Positions 34,986 through 47,399 of a stretch of DNA of 64,000 bases are shown here, piece after piece. Source of the DNA: Psammoneis japonica (taxonomy: Eukaryota); contig QPGO01000189.1 in the NCBI GenBank assembly GCA_008632985.1, positions 1-64,000 of the forward strand. Direction: 5' to 3'. The notes beneath the pieces are model-generated. The model searched no databases. It saw only the letters and a list, made by a program, of their open reading frames with translations, and was not told where the DNA came from. Each line of letters starts with the position of its first letter. Position 1 is the first letter of the stretch. Both the position numbers and the translations under genes were made by a program.

Positions 34986-37900
34986 GGTGCAGCAGAAGAG
35001 CAAGCAAAGTTCTTTGTCAGGACTCATGTGCCTGGAAGCAAGTGGCTCTTCAAACCAAATGGTGTGGGGTCTTGTCACCCCACCATGTCACCAGCTGGTG
35101 GCACAACTCTGTTTGTGCTGCACATCTTCTGGCCAGGATGCACAGCCAGCAAGTGGGGTGCTTCATGCCAGCTCTGCTGCTCTTGCTCTGACACTGTGAA
35201 AATTTGCAAATGACCTCCTCTTTCACAACATTGCATCAGAGTTGCTCTTGTCTGGGATGTGTTGCTTGTGTGCTCATTGGTTGTTGACATTGGCAGCTTT
35301 TCAACATGACATGGACTTGTTTGACTGCCTGTGGCAATGGTTTGCTTGTTCAACAATGCAAGCTGCGCTGTTTTGTGGCACAAACGAAGGGCTGCTGAAG
35401 ATTGTGGAGGATGTGCTGGAGCACTGGAGAATCACATTTTGATGGCCAGTTCCTGCTCTGAACAGAATGAAATTGCACAGTTTGCCACACTCAGCAAAAT
35501 CACTTCTTTTTCAAACTCCTTTTGCAAAGTTGTCATTTTTTGACAAAAAAGGTGCTGGGTGCCTCAACACACAAAACATTTTGAAAATTTGCTTTTCTGG
35601 CTGGGCTTTCTCACAGGAGCTGGGAAAGAACCTGGGTGGCAAGTCTTGTGTGAAGCTGTGCCACAAATTGTGCAAAAAGCACTTGAGCTCATTCAGCCAG
35701 AAAAGCACTGGGTTCTGTGCTTTCACAAATGGTCTCTGCAAAAAGAGCACAAAAAAGGCTCTCTCAACTTCTTCTTTCACAAAAATGACTCCCTGTGAGA
35801 GCCACAGCAAGAACAGGCTCACAATGAAGAACATGTTCCTTTGGCTCAAATGATGCATGCTGCAGCTTTTGTTGCACACATCAGGGTGATTTTGCTTGAA
35901 GAAGATCCTCGGCACAATTGTGTGCAAAACAATTTCCAGGCAGTTGCAACATTTTCAACTGTGCATGTCACTCCAGGTTTTTTGGCTGTGCAACTGTGGG
36001 TTTCTGGAACAAAAATGTGAAAAAGTTTTGGCAGGCTGTCATTGTTGTTCTTGGGCAAAGGTGTTGTTTGCCTTGCAAGTGTGAGCTGATCAAAAACAGT
36101 GATCTTCTGCCCACCCACCCATCGCAGAGCCCACTTTGGCTTTTTTGTCAGTTTTTGTTTTGTTGGAAGTGGAAACTGTGAAAGACAGCTTGTTCTTTCA
36201 GAAGTGACTTTTCACATGCAAACTCTTGCAAAACACCCATGTCCATCTTGACTTTGGGAGCTCAAAGTCTTGTGTTGTCTGACAACCATCACACACTGGG
36301 CACATGTGAAGTTCTTCACATTGACTTTTCTGTGATTGAGGAGGCTGTGCAAGTCACCACTGTGGCACTCTGACTCCATTTTTTGATGGCTTTTTCAATT
36401 TTGGCCCCATCACAAAAGCTCAAACACTCAATGTCATGGAAGAAGAATGGCACAAGGTTTGTGAAAAGAAATGATGGCAATGTGCACAAACACAGCAGAT
36501 GCCTGGTTGGCTTCCAGTGGCATCACTTTTGTCCTTGTTGGTGACTTAAAAGATGCATTGTGGAAAGCCAATTTAGACCAGCACTGGACCAACATCCACA
36601 GAATGTAAAAACTGACCTCATTTGATGCAGGCCAATTGTTTGGATTGTGAAAAAAATTCACACTCCACTTTGTTCCATCAATCTTTGTTTCCTGCCCAGG
36701 GACTTGATCATTCACCCACATGGTCTGATGTGCCTGGCAACACCATGACCACCGCGGCTTTCATCTGGCAACAGCACACCCAGCACCACCCCACCTGCAC
36801 AATTTTGTGCATCATCCATTGTGCAGCACATGAGAGCACAGCACTGGCAGCCCAGCTTGGACCAGGGGGGTGCTCTGGCCAATCTGCACCTTGTTTAAAG
36901 TTCTTCAGTTTGGCAGAGCCAGAGAGTCACACAAGGATGAGCAGCAAGAAGACCAGGGGGCGCATTTCTTTGCCGCCAGCAAGCAGTGTAAAAAGTGTTG
37001 CCAAGCAAGCAAAAAGCCAGTCTGTGCTGGCAGTGTGCATGCTTCATGCTGCATGCTGGTGCAGAGCTGTGTGTGCACAGGCAGGAGCAAGGGCTCACAA
37101 GTCTGTCAGGGCACACACAAGCTCCAGCACAAATCTGGACTGTGCCAGGCTTCTGATGCAATGAACTTGACATTGTGAGAGGACACCCTGAAATGCTCAA
37201 GAGTTTGATTTTGTGGAATTTCTCAAAAGTTCTGTGGAGGATGGACAACAGATGGCCATTTTTCTGGAATTTTTGCTTTTGGTGCACACATGTGTTCAAA
37301 AGTGAAAACACAGAATTTGTGCATTGCAGCCATGGAACTTGCACTGTCAAGATTGCCCAACACTTGCCAATGTGTGCTGTGGTGCCCAGTGTGCATGGCC
37401 CCATGAGGGAGACATGCCAAGGAAACTCAGCAATTGGCCGTTGACCTCTCCTGTGGAGTTCTGTGCACCAATCTTGTCATGCCAATTTTTTGGGTGCAAT
37501 GTCACTCATTTGTTTTCTGCTGCTGCTGTGTGCACCCATGGCATGAGTGCCACAGTCAGTTGAGCACATGATTGACTCAAGTGCGAGCACTCAAGTGTGA
37601 GCACTGACAGCACTGATGTTGTGGACATGTGTCAAAAACACAGGAGAAGGACTTTGAGCTTGGAAATTTGGCACATGGCAGGATTTGTGCACATGATCCC
37701 AAAGAAAGATTTGCCCACAGGCTGAACTCACCTGGTGTGTGTCCTCACACTGATGCCATTGAATGCAGCGCTGCACAAGTTGCATGACCAGGCCACACCC
37801 ATGGCCACCTTGAGCACCACAGAGGAGAGCTGCCCCTGCCTGCCTCAGCTGCAACCAGAGCCTGCACATGAGTGATCTCTGAAGTTTTGCACTTCAAAAC

Positions 37901-39039
37901 ATGCTGTGAGTTGGGCCAAGTGCCCCTGTGCAGTGCAAGACTTGAGCAAAGAAAAGGCCAAATGCAAGCACCAGCACAATCTCTGGCATGCACTGATTGG
38001 CTGACATGGCTGGCCTTCATCACCGTCAACTCAACATCAGTTGCTTGTTGTCCAAAAACACAAGTCAACAACATGCCTGCTTTCTTCCAATTTAAAATGA
38101 GTCAAGCCACCCTGGGGATTCTAAAAAAAGTGCTGCTCACTTTGTCATTTTTCCTTGATTGTGGTCTTGAGTGGAAGTGCACCCTTTTTTTGTGCGGTGT
38201 GCTGCTTTTCAAAGCATGTGTGGCAGAGTGGCTCATGCTGGCAGATTCAGCAAGAAGCAGCATCCTCATCCCCTTGTCCCAGTGCAAGTTGTGCTGGCTG
38301 TCACCATGGTGCCAAGAGGAAAATGGCAGGAGCTGCTTCCAAACAATGAACCAACAAGCGCGGCAGGCAGTGTGATGAAGAAATGTCTTGGAGCATGGAC
38401 ATTTGTGAAATGAGAGTCTCATGAGCACACCTGCCCCCACCCCCTGCAAGTGCTGGCTTGTTGGCGTGCACCACACATTTCTCACACAACAACACCCCCC
38501 TGGCGGAGTTGATTGTGAATGTTTTCTTGGGTGTGGGCTCATTTTGTGAAGAAGCAGACCAAGCTTTGTGGGGAACAGATCCATGCCATGGAGAGTTGGC
38601 AGTGGAAATTTGTGGATGGTTTGGGCTCAATTGCCTTTGACTTTGGTGTGGCAAAGCTGCATTTTTTGTTTGCTGTGGTGCACCCACACTGGCAGCACCC
38701 TCACAAACAAACAACTGGTTGGGCTGCTGCCAAAGAAGAAGTTCCGCCAATTAAAAACACAGAGTGACAGACTGCAGATGAGGGCAAGGGAGACCAGCTG
38801 TTGTCTTTGACTTTTCCCCAAGAATCAACAATTCACTCACACCGTGGAGATGAAAGCCAAGATGGAGTGCAACATTCTCAAAAGGGCCAAGATGCAAGAA
38901 GCACCACAACGCATGGACAGGAGGATGGACCTGCATGAGAGATGGTGCAAACAAGCTCTGTGATGTCCTAAAAGGCCTTTTCCACACTGAGACAGGCAAT
39001 GCATGGGTGGGCTTGGAGGCTGCCATTTGATCTGTTGTC

Positions 39040-40900
39040 TGTTGGCCGCTCATTTTTTGCATCTTGAATCTTCTTTTGATCTCACAATGAAAGAACAACA
39101 TGGTGAATGACAAGGAATCATCAGCACAATGACAAAGAGATGACCAAAGGTCATGCCTGCAATGACTCTGTCAGGCTTTCTTGGCTTGGGGTAAAATGAT
39201 GCTCCTTCAGCATGTTTTGACCAGCAAGGAGCACAAGTTGAGAATTGCTGTGATTGTCGACAACATGGCTGAACTGAGTGTAGATGCACAAACAATCAAC
39301 TGGACTCCCTTTGCTGCAACAAGTGACAATGAGCAGCACTCTTCTGTGACTGATGAGCCCGCTGTGGTTGGAACCAAGCAAGAGGCCATTGCACTGGAGA
39401 ATGGTTGCATCTGCGTGCTTCACAGTGATTTGATTTGAGAGATCCATCGCACCCACCTGGATGGCTGGTGTTGCTTCAGGATGGAATTGGTGCAACCAAT
39501 GGCAAGGCTGATGGTGTGGTGTTGTTTCCTTTGTTTGCCATGCCAACACACCCTTCCACCCCCAGAGAGGCTTGACAACTGCTTCATCTCCAAGATTTTG
39601 CACTTTGCGGGAGAGTGGAATGGCAAGAGGATCCAGGACACCACTGAAAAGGTCAAACAAAAGCATGTGGAGGATTGGCATGGATCCATGTTGTGGCCCA
39701 AAGGCGCCATGTGGATTGCTGGCTGTGATGAACACGAGCACAATTGGTCACATGCGGGCTGCATTGTTGCCATCAATCCCATCTCTCCTTGGCATTGCAC
39801 CATCCATGAGGAGAAGTGGGGTTGCAACACCAAACAAGAAAGAGAGTCAATTCCGAAAAGAATTGAGCAAGACAGTGAGCATGGAGATCAACAACAGGAG
39901 ATTGTCTTCCATGGGATCAACATCAAGGAAGATGAAATTTGTGGCACATTGGATGCATGCCTGCTGACAGACAAGGCAGTGGCAGGGCATGTCATGGATT
40001 TGCCGCTTGGAGCATGCCATGACATGCTCCCTCAGTTTCCATTTTGTTGTTGCAATGTTGGCACAGTCTTGGCCACTGTCTGCCTCAACAAAACCATCAC
40101 TTCATGATCCCCACCAAGTTCAAGCTCACTCTTCCCAATTTAAGGCTGTGACGCCAATTGTTGACAAACAAGATCTGCCAATTGCAGTTGTTCATGTGCG
40201 GCTCAACAAGTGCTCCGGAGCAAGTCATCATGGAGTGCTGCCAGCGATGCTCCATCCCAACAATGTCTGTGAGCAGCATTCCCTGTGTCTGCCACTTCTT
40301 CACTCAGAAGAGAAGAATTTTCTGAACCATCCAAATTTCGTCTTTGCATCAATGCACTTCTGCCAAAGTGTGGACAGAAGCAAAAGCACAACAACCACAA
40401 ATCCGACACCATGGTGAATGATTCTGGCACTCAAGTCCATGTCATGGGCAATGTCAAACCTGTCCCATGCAATGCTGATGACAATGACAACAATGCTGAT
40501 GATGACCACAACAATGATTGCCCTGATGGAGAATGTGACATGATCTTGGCAGCCGCACAACATTTTTCTTTCAGGTGCTTTTGTGGGAAGAGCCCTTTCA
40601 AAACTTTGCCAACCAGAGCCAAACAAGTGCACAAACAAGCAACTCAAAGAGTGGCATGTGTGCTTCCATGCCAAAAGGCTTTTACAATGCCCTGCATTGT
40701 CCAGCCCAACCTTCTCCCAGAAGCAGTTGCCCAGCTGGTTCCGATCAACCTCATGAATGAACAAAAGCACCCTGATCCCTGAACGGCAGTGCAAATGTCT
40801 CAAGTGTCATTGTGGGCACCATGAAACCACTCCCACAACATCTCCCGCTCCAAGCTTTTGCTGCATCACAAGGAAACAATCAACAAATTGTTTGATGTCA
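39040..40900 (+). pseudogene. Second, heavily mutated CobW-nucleoplasmin-like copy with an internal deletion of about 500 bp and shared flanks
   Basis: Aligns to about 16065-18370 (LLQHVLTSKEHKLRIAVIV, ALENGCIC, ISKILHFAGEWNG, HVMGNV.PVPCNADD). At about 39452 it jumps from the equivalent of 16495 to about 16995. It has stops and frameshifts. Confidence 0.93.
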
Positions 40901-42884
40901 CATTCGCCAACAAACCTGCAGAAGTGAATGCCATCTTCAATGGTGCCTCTGTGCCTTTGGGGGGTTCCTCTGTGCACTCAGCATGTGCATCTGCCGCGCA
41001 TGCAAGAAATTGTGTGCAAGTTCTTTCTGCACCACTTTGGTGGTGGGAGTCCTGCATTCTGCATCAGCCAGAGTGATGCCAGCTCTTTTTGCACTTCTTC
41101 CTGCCAGCTCCAAGTGCTTTTTTCAAGGCCACAATGTCCCCATGATTCAACAAGCAGTTGGCGCTGATCTTGTTGAGCTGCTTGTTCACCCCCAGGAATG
41201 CTTGGCTCTGTTTGCTCATGTCAGCTGCTTTGCAATTTTTTGGCAAGCTTGGTCTTTGTTGCAGCCAGCTGCTTTGGACAAGCTGAAGCTTCCTCTGAAG
41301 AAGGCTGGCATTTTTGCTCTTCCAGAGGGGTTTCAAAACCCCTCACATTCAGCACCCTCCTTTTTGTGTTGCTCACAGACATCTGGAGCTTTCAACTTTG
41401 GAGAGCCTCTTGGGGTCCTCATTGCCAGGGCAACATTGTTGTTGCTGGGTTGGTTTTCTTCTTGCTCCTGCTGGAAGGCCCTTTGTCAAAATTGAGCTTG
41501 TTCAATTTGTTGCCAGTCAACACTTTTTCCACTTCCTCTGCTTGGCACATCATTTGCCAGCATGACGGGCAGCCAAGAGTCTGGCTGTTGAGGACTTGCC
41601 ATTGCCATCACTGGGCTTCCATCATTCATTCTCTCAGCTTTTTCTTTGTGCTGCACAGAAGCTTTGCATGGCCTGCTGACAATTGCTGCTGTCATGGCGG
41701 GTGCTGCAGGAAATCAGGTGCCATGTTCTCTCAGCTTGGGTTGGTCTCTTTTGTCTGAGATTGGTGGTTCAAACATCCAAGGCACCAGAAAGTCAGTGGA
41801 TTGAGATCAGACATTTTGTGTCTGCCCATCTTTCCACTCCCCTTCCCCCATCATGTGTGTGTGCTGCAGAAAGAACAAACAGGCATCACAGACACCAGTT
41901 TCCCAGCATTTTGCCGGCAAAACAATCATGCACAAATTGTGTGCAATTTTAAAAAAGAGATGAGGTTGGATCAAAAAATGCAACAGAGACACACAAAAAT
42001 GCAACACAACATGACAAGCGACAATGGCAACCATGTGGGGATAAAAAAACAACATTCACACTGATTTCGGGCATGCTGCAGTGACAACATGAACATGACA
42101 AGTGCAGCTGATGCAATGTTTGGCTCACTGGTGTCCATCTGATGGCTCCAATCGATCATTCGAGATGATGTCATTGTCGTCAACATCCCGCATTGTTGCT
42201 GCACATGGTTCATGTAGAAAATTGCAAAAAAAGCCGTTGACAATGATGCTCTGAAATCAACCACAAACTGCATCCAGAGTCAACATGGGCACATGTCTGT
42301 GCTTGTCACGCGCCATGAGACATGTCCAACGCGTTTTGTCTCACAAAAGTTGGTCAACAGCGTCGCCGGCGGCACGCCATTGTCAGCATCGAATGCCGCA
42401 CAAAAAGCACGGGGACGACAGAAATTGACTTCTTCTGTCGCACTTGTCTGTCCATCACCCATTTGTCTCGTGTTCTGCGCGCAGTGTGTGCTGTTTTTTG
42501 TTTGAGAAATTGCCCCTCATTTTCTCCCAATTTTTGGATCTGAGCTCACCAGATTTGCTGACTTTCAAGCACCAGCTGCTGGCAGTGGTGTCTCTCATTG
42601 CTTGGAGAAGGATGCAGACAACAACAACAAAAAATCTTCAAGAGGAGGCAACTTTTTTGCCAGAAAATGACAGCAGCAGACTGCGGGTGGCTCTCCTCTC
42701 TTTTCAACTCACTCCTTCCTTCCTCATTTGAGCCACACTGCCCTGCATGTGATGCTGTGATGGGCATCAGAGTGACACACGCATGACAGCCAGGCATTTG
42801 CAGTGACGCAGACAGCTCACAGCCTGAACTGACCAGGCAAAACGGAAACATTCTACTAACTCCCATCAGATTTTACACAGACTA

Positions 42885-42900
42885 TAACCCTAACCCTAAC
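42885..42900 (+). repeat. Short interstitial telomere-type repeat TAACCCTAACCCTAAC
   Basis: About 2.7 copies of CCCTAA at the right edge of the TpA-depleted domain. Confidence 0.6.
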
Positions 42901-43176
42901 ACGTATGTAGTCTAAACATCAATGTATCCGCGCCCATTTCCATCTCGTAGAATCTACGTCTGTTTCAGTACATACACTGCCACTAGTAGTAAGTAGCCAC
43001 CAGGTGCGCTGCAGGATGGCCTGCGCGCGCGACATACAATCGCACTGATGCGGATCGCCAGCCCCAGCGTCCCCCCCGTCAAAAGCCAAAAATGAGGCTC
43101 TCTGCAAACCGAAGATTATCAAAGCACAAAAAATTGATTGACACAACTAACGCGATATCTTATTATTCTCTACTTG

Positions 43177-44257
43177 ATGGAGGGCATTGTAGCTTCTTGG
43201 ATAAGGTGTTATTCTTGGTTTATGGGACCTAAAAAAGAGAATCGATTGCTGCTTCGGGACGCTGAGCAGCTCGACAAGGATGATGGCAATGCTGACTTGT
43301 TGTTGATGATGGGCGGCTCAGTCGCGACGGATGCGTCGAGTACCTCTAGCCATTTCGACGACGATGCGTCGTTCTGTGATCTCGAAATGCCTGGAGAAAC
43401 TCAAAACGGATCATCGTCCTTATCGAAAAGCGATGACGCAAAAATGAGCCATAAAGAGCGAGAAAACCTCCGAATTCCTTAGGCGAGCCCTGTTCTCCAC
43501 AAGAAGCAAATAGAAAACCAGCCGCTACAACACCAACTAGTAATAAAATTCGGAAAAACAAATTGGATAAGGACACTCTAAAAGTCATCATGGACTCGCT
43601 AAAACACCACAAGCCTCCGTCGTTGGACGTAGATCAATTCGAAAAGTTTCTGTCTCACACCAATCGTCAAGTGCAAGAAAAGATCCGTGTCCTTGATCCA
43701 GACAAGGAAGAATTCAAGCAAGAAATCGACTATGTAAGGGCGGAAGCCTTTTCAAACTAGTCGTTCGCGGAGCCTCCAAGGACAATGATCTAGACAAGCC
43801 AACGCTCACGTGGTTGCGTCGTGCGGTGGGAATTTACAAGCAACAAAACCTCTACGATGGACTCGAGCTGCCACGAACGCCGCTACAAGAAAACAAGAGC
43901 ACCGCGACACGAGTCAGATCAAAGCGTATCCAGAAGCTTAAAGAAAAAGAGGAACGAGACAATGCAGGCTTGGAGGCCCTGGTGGGAGCGGCGAAGGATT
44001 TGCAACCAGAAATTGCAAGGCACAAGGCACAAAAGTTAAAAGAAGCAATATTGGCGAAACAACGAGAAAAGGAAAAGTTAGAGGCGCAAGAAAGCGTCCA
44101 TTGCGTCGACAAAAGAATGCAAACTCGAGAAAGAAACCAAGAATTGAGCGTCGTCCAGTTCCGCTCTCGGATCGACAATTTGAATTGTGGTTGCAACACC
44201 TTGTCGACCAAGATACTCTTAAATAGCATGGGCCAGTGGATGAAACGAATGTTCTAG
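43177..44257 (+). CDS. Hypothetical protein (charged, coiled-coil-like), broken by probable frameshift errors
   Basis: Consecutive plus-strand ORFs 43138..43482, 43563..43760 and 43814..44257 with coding-like composition; no recognised motif. Confidence 0.45.
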
Positions 44258-44395
44258 GTGTATGGGTGTGGGGTAAGACTGAGAAAGGGGCACGATACAG
44301 AACTCTAAGTTCCCATTCAGTCAGTGATAATAAGATAGTTTTCGCCGTTAAATCCGATGGTCTTCAAGCTGCCAGAGTCGTTTCAGTTGTCCGCA

Positions 44396-46018
44396 TCATC
44401 GCAAGTTGCATGTTTCACTATCTGTTTCAATACAGGTTGCCATTGCTGCCTCCAATCCTCCCTCCAACGAATCATAAACGGCCACCAAATTACAACGAGG
44501 CGTCGCTTCTTCTGGATCCTGCTCTTGATAATTCCCCGACGAAACTGCGGCACCGTATACCACCAACACGGGAGCCGGTCCTTCGAACTCATTGCCGACA
44601 AAGCAATTGTTTTCCAAAATCGCTTCACCAGCGTCGACAATTATCAAGGCACCGTAGCTCTGAAGTAATGTACACAGAAGGAAAAGTCAGAAGGTCTTTG
44701 GAGAAATGACTACAGTACCATCTTCCATATAAGGTCTTTACTTACAAAGTCTCCGACGACACCATACGAATTCCCTTCAAATCGACAACCTTTGAATTTG
44801 GTGACTGTCTGGCCTTGAGAGACAACCATGCCTGGTAGAGTGCCATCGCTTGGAAGCTCGATTGCCGAGTTCCCCTACGACAAAGAGCAGGACGTGAAAT
44901 GCTTGTTGTTCAGACTTCTTCCTCTAGAACGACAGAAAGGCTGATAGTACGTTGAGTTTATGCTACTTACCTCAAAGACACAATTCTCATAGGTCAAGTC
45001 AAGGATATCGTCAATCGTGGGCTCCCGAGGGGCTTGATCCAATTCTGTCAACTTTCTTCCGTCATTCTTGATAGAGGCCGCATCCAGCGTCGACAAGTCA
45101 ATATTCTCTTTGTCCATTTCCAAACCTGAATCATCAGGGAACCACGCACCAAATGCTGGCCCGAAATTTGCCATATTCTAACAGACACTTAGTGAGAAGG
45201 GGCACCAAAACACACGCCAAAGACTGTTGGCTGTTCCTGACTCACCTTGAAGATACAGTCCGAGATTACTATTTCTCCCGGCAAAGTAATGAATGAGCCG
45301 TTTTCGGTAAGTCCGTCAAAGGTAAATCCCCTGATCTCGACATTTGCTAAATACTCAAAGTCATAATACAACGTGTTGGCCCAATGCCCAATATACCATT
45401 GGTGACCAAGCAACTGTTTGAGCTTGACCCATCCTCGCCGCAAAGAATTTCCATGTTGGGCCTCAATCCCAAAAAGAAATGATCGTCAGTTTCAATAACG
45501 CTATTTGGACAAATCACATAGGATCTCTTCTGAGACACATCCGCGTCAATTTCAAGTATGTTGATCGAATGAAAGTCTGCATAGCATGCAGCAGTCTCCA
45601 ACGGAGTTGACCTGGGACTTAGATCTGCGACCATCGACGACAATTCTCCATCTACACCAGGTGGCATTGGCGAAGGAGGACTTGTCGGGTATCTTTTCTT
45701 CTGATCAAGGCTGTGCGGATGCTTAACAAACCACAGCTTGTTACGAGGCACCTTCTTAGCGCGCCATGATTTCAGTTTTTTCTTCCCGCCCTTTTTTGCT
45801 TTCCAATTGTTTCCGCTTGTCTTCGCGCCATAATTATGCGGCATGAAATGATGGTAATATTTTTGTCGCGGCAGCATCGAAGATTCCTTTTTAGCCGGAT
45901 TCACGTATCTCCAGCGACCTTTTAGTCTCTTATAACGGGTGTACTTTTTGAATCCGTAAGCGCAAACTTGATGAGGGATCAGCAGGATCACAATGGCAGC
46001 GATAAAAGCAACAAACAT
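44396..46018 (-). CDS. Secreted K/Y-rich protein with a conserved C-terminal beta-helix-like domain, paralogue 1 (multi-exon)
   Basis: Signal MFVAFIAAIVILLIPHQVCA-YG, then a K-rich segment, CYADFHSINILE.DAD....RSYVICP, NMEILCGEDGSSSNSCLVTNG, GFTFDGL, ISDCIFK|GTGAG and NCFVGNEF. Confidence 0.75.
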
Positions 46019-46310
46019 GGTGGAGAAGGAAGTAATGTTCTTAACGTATTGTTTGGTGTGTGAGAGGAGTGGTTAGGGTAGCCGCCATCTAAACTGCAGC
46101 CGCACCTCGTTCTTTTTGTTGACCGACCAGCTGCGAGGCAAATTTTGTGACCGTGTGATGCGTTGAGTTAAATTCAATGTTCACAAATGGTAAAAATAAT
46201 ACCGGTAGTCTACAGGAAATCAACGACAAGCCTGTTTTGAATGCAGTGCGGGCGACAGAGCCGGCCAACGCATGTACGTACTTACGTACGGCACCGTATG
46301 CGACAACTTA

Positions 46311-47352
46311 GACCCGTCGCAGTCGTGACGAAGGGGTGTAATTCGGGGTGCGCGCGTTTTTACACCCCTCAAAAAAAATTACAGCCAACAATTACCCCTC
46401 CTGATGCATGTAATTTTTGCCTGTAATTTTTAGTAAGCGCCTGTAATTTTTCGTACGAAAACAGACTCATCATCGTCCATGACGGCAAAAAACATCAGAA
46501 TGTCGAACAACAATGGCAACCAACAATCTACGACGAACTTCAACCAGTAAGAGATGTAAGAACTCGTTGATGGCGAACTGTTATGATATATGTATGAAAG
46601 AAATAATGGCGAAAAACAATGAGATTGCCATCAACGGACAACAAAATGAGGGCAAGTTCATGCCATTTCAGAAGAAAAACACGTCATATGGTCACTGAAA
46701 CCTTGGCTATGGATACAATAGTAAAATATGATGTTAATCACGTTATTTTAAATGGACTAGACTTGTCAGAACAATGATTTCATATGCGTAAGGTCGCAGC
46801 GGCGCCGCCGAACGCCATGGTGTTTTGATGCTGTCAAAAGAATTCATCGTGGGACCCCACAAATACGGAGGGACCCGCAACCCGGAAATGTGTAGAGTTC
46901 TACGTGAATGTATGGGGACTGTTCACGTAGGTTTTGTACCAGAGCTATCTCGCGAACTAGGCGTTTTTTCGGATTTTTGTCGTAGAAACTGTACCAGTTT
47001 TGCGTATGTAGGCTACATGTTTCAGTACCACATACAAAAATTCGCGTAGAGCTCTACAGGAGGGTCCCTCCGTATTTTTTGTGGGGTCTCACGATGAGAA
47101 TGTTCAGCTTCGCGTACACATAAGTTGATTAAAATTAGAGATATAGAGTTATTCCTGTTTTAATATCAACAATTTTTGAGGAATATATATTCGATGTATA
47201 TATCATTTCTCGCAGAATTACAGACATCCAATTTCACACTCTCGCAGTCGTGAGAAAATCGAGTGTAATTTAGGTGTAAATTCGCCGATGCGCGTTTTAC
47301 ACCCCAAATTACACCCCGAATTACACCCCAATTTCCACGACTGCGACGGGTC
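46311..47352. mobile_element. Non-autonomous DNA transposon (MITE-like) with a perfect 17-bp TIR flanked by TA
   Basis: TA|GACCCGTCGCAGTCGTG ... CACGACTGCGACGGGTC|TA. The inverted match continues with GGGGTGTAATTCGGGGTG, and there are subterminal TTACACCCC repeats. No transposase ORF. Confidence 0.88.
46844..47097. mobile_element. Nested small MITE (about 250 bp) with roughly 33-bp TIRs and an apparent GAAT target duplication
   Basis: GAAT|TCATCGTGGGACCCCACAAATACGGAGGGACCC ... GGGTCCCTCCGTATTTTTTGTGGGGTCTCACGATGA|GAAT. Confidence 0.82.
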
Positions 47353-47399
47353 TACGACAAAGGCATTCGAGAGACCATGAAAGCTTTGACGTCTCCCTT

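Larger units (their letters stand above)
12790..42860. other. About 30-kb TpA-depleted repeat/pseudogene domain (mostly also CpG-depleted), with embedded CobW and HYR genes
   Basis: Long runs contain only isolated TA. TGCA/CACA/TGTG words dominate, there are internal duplications, and hundreds of overlapping spurious ORFs arise from loss of TAA/TAG. Confidence 0.85.

Noticed and set aside
12790..42860. Hundreds of overlapping Cys/His/Gln-rich ORFs on both strands
   Set aside because: They are by-products of TAA/TAG depletion and TG/CA enrichment, with no recognisable domains, so they are not called as genes.
12790..42860. Classical fungal RIP or CpG deamination alone as the explanation for the composition
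   Set aside because: RIP would raise TpA and CpG decay leaves TpA untouched, whereas here TpA itself is lost.
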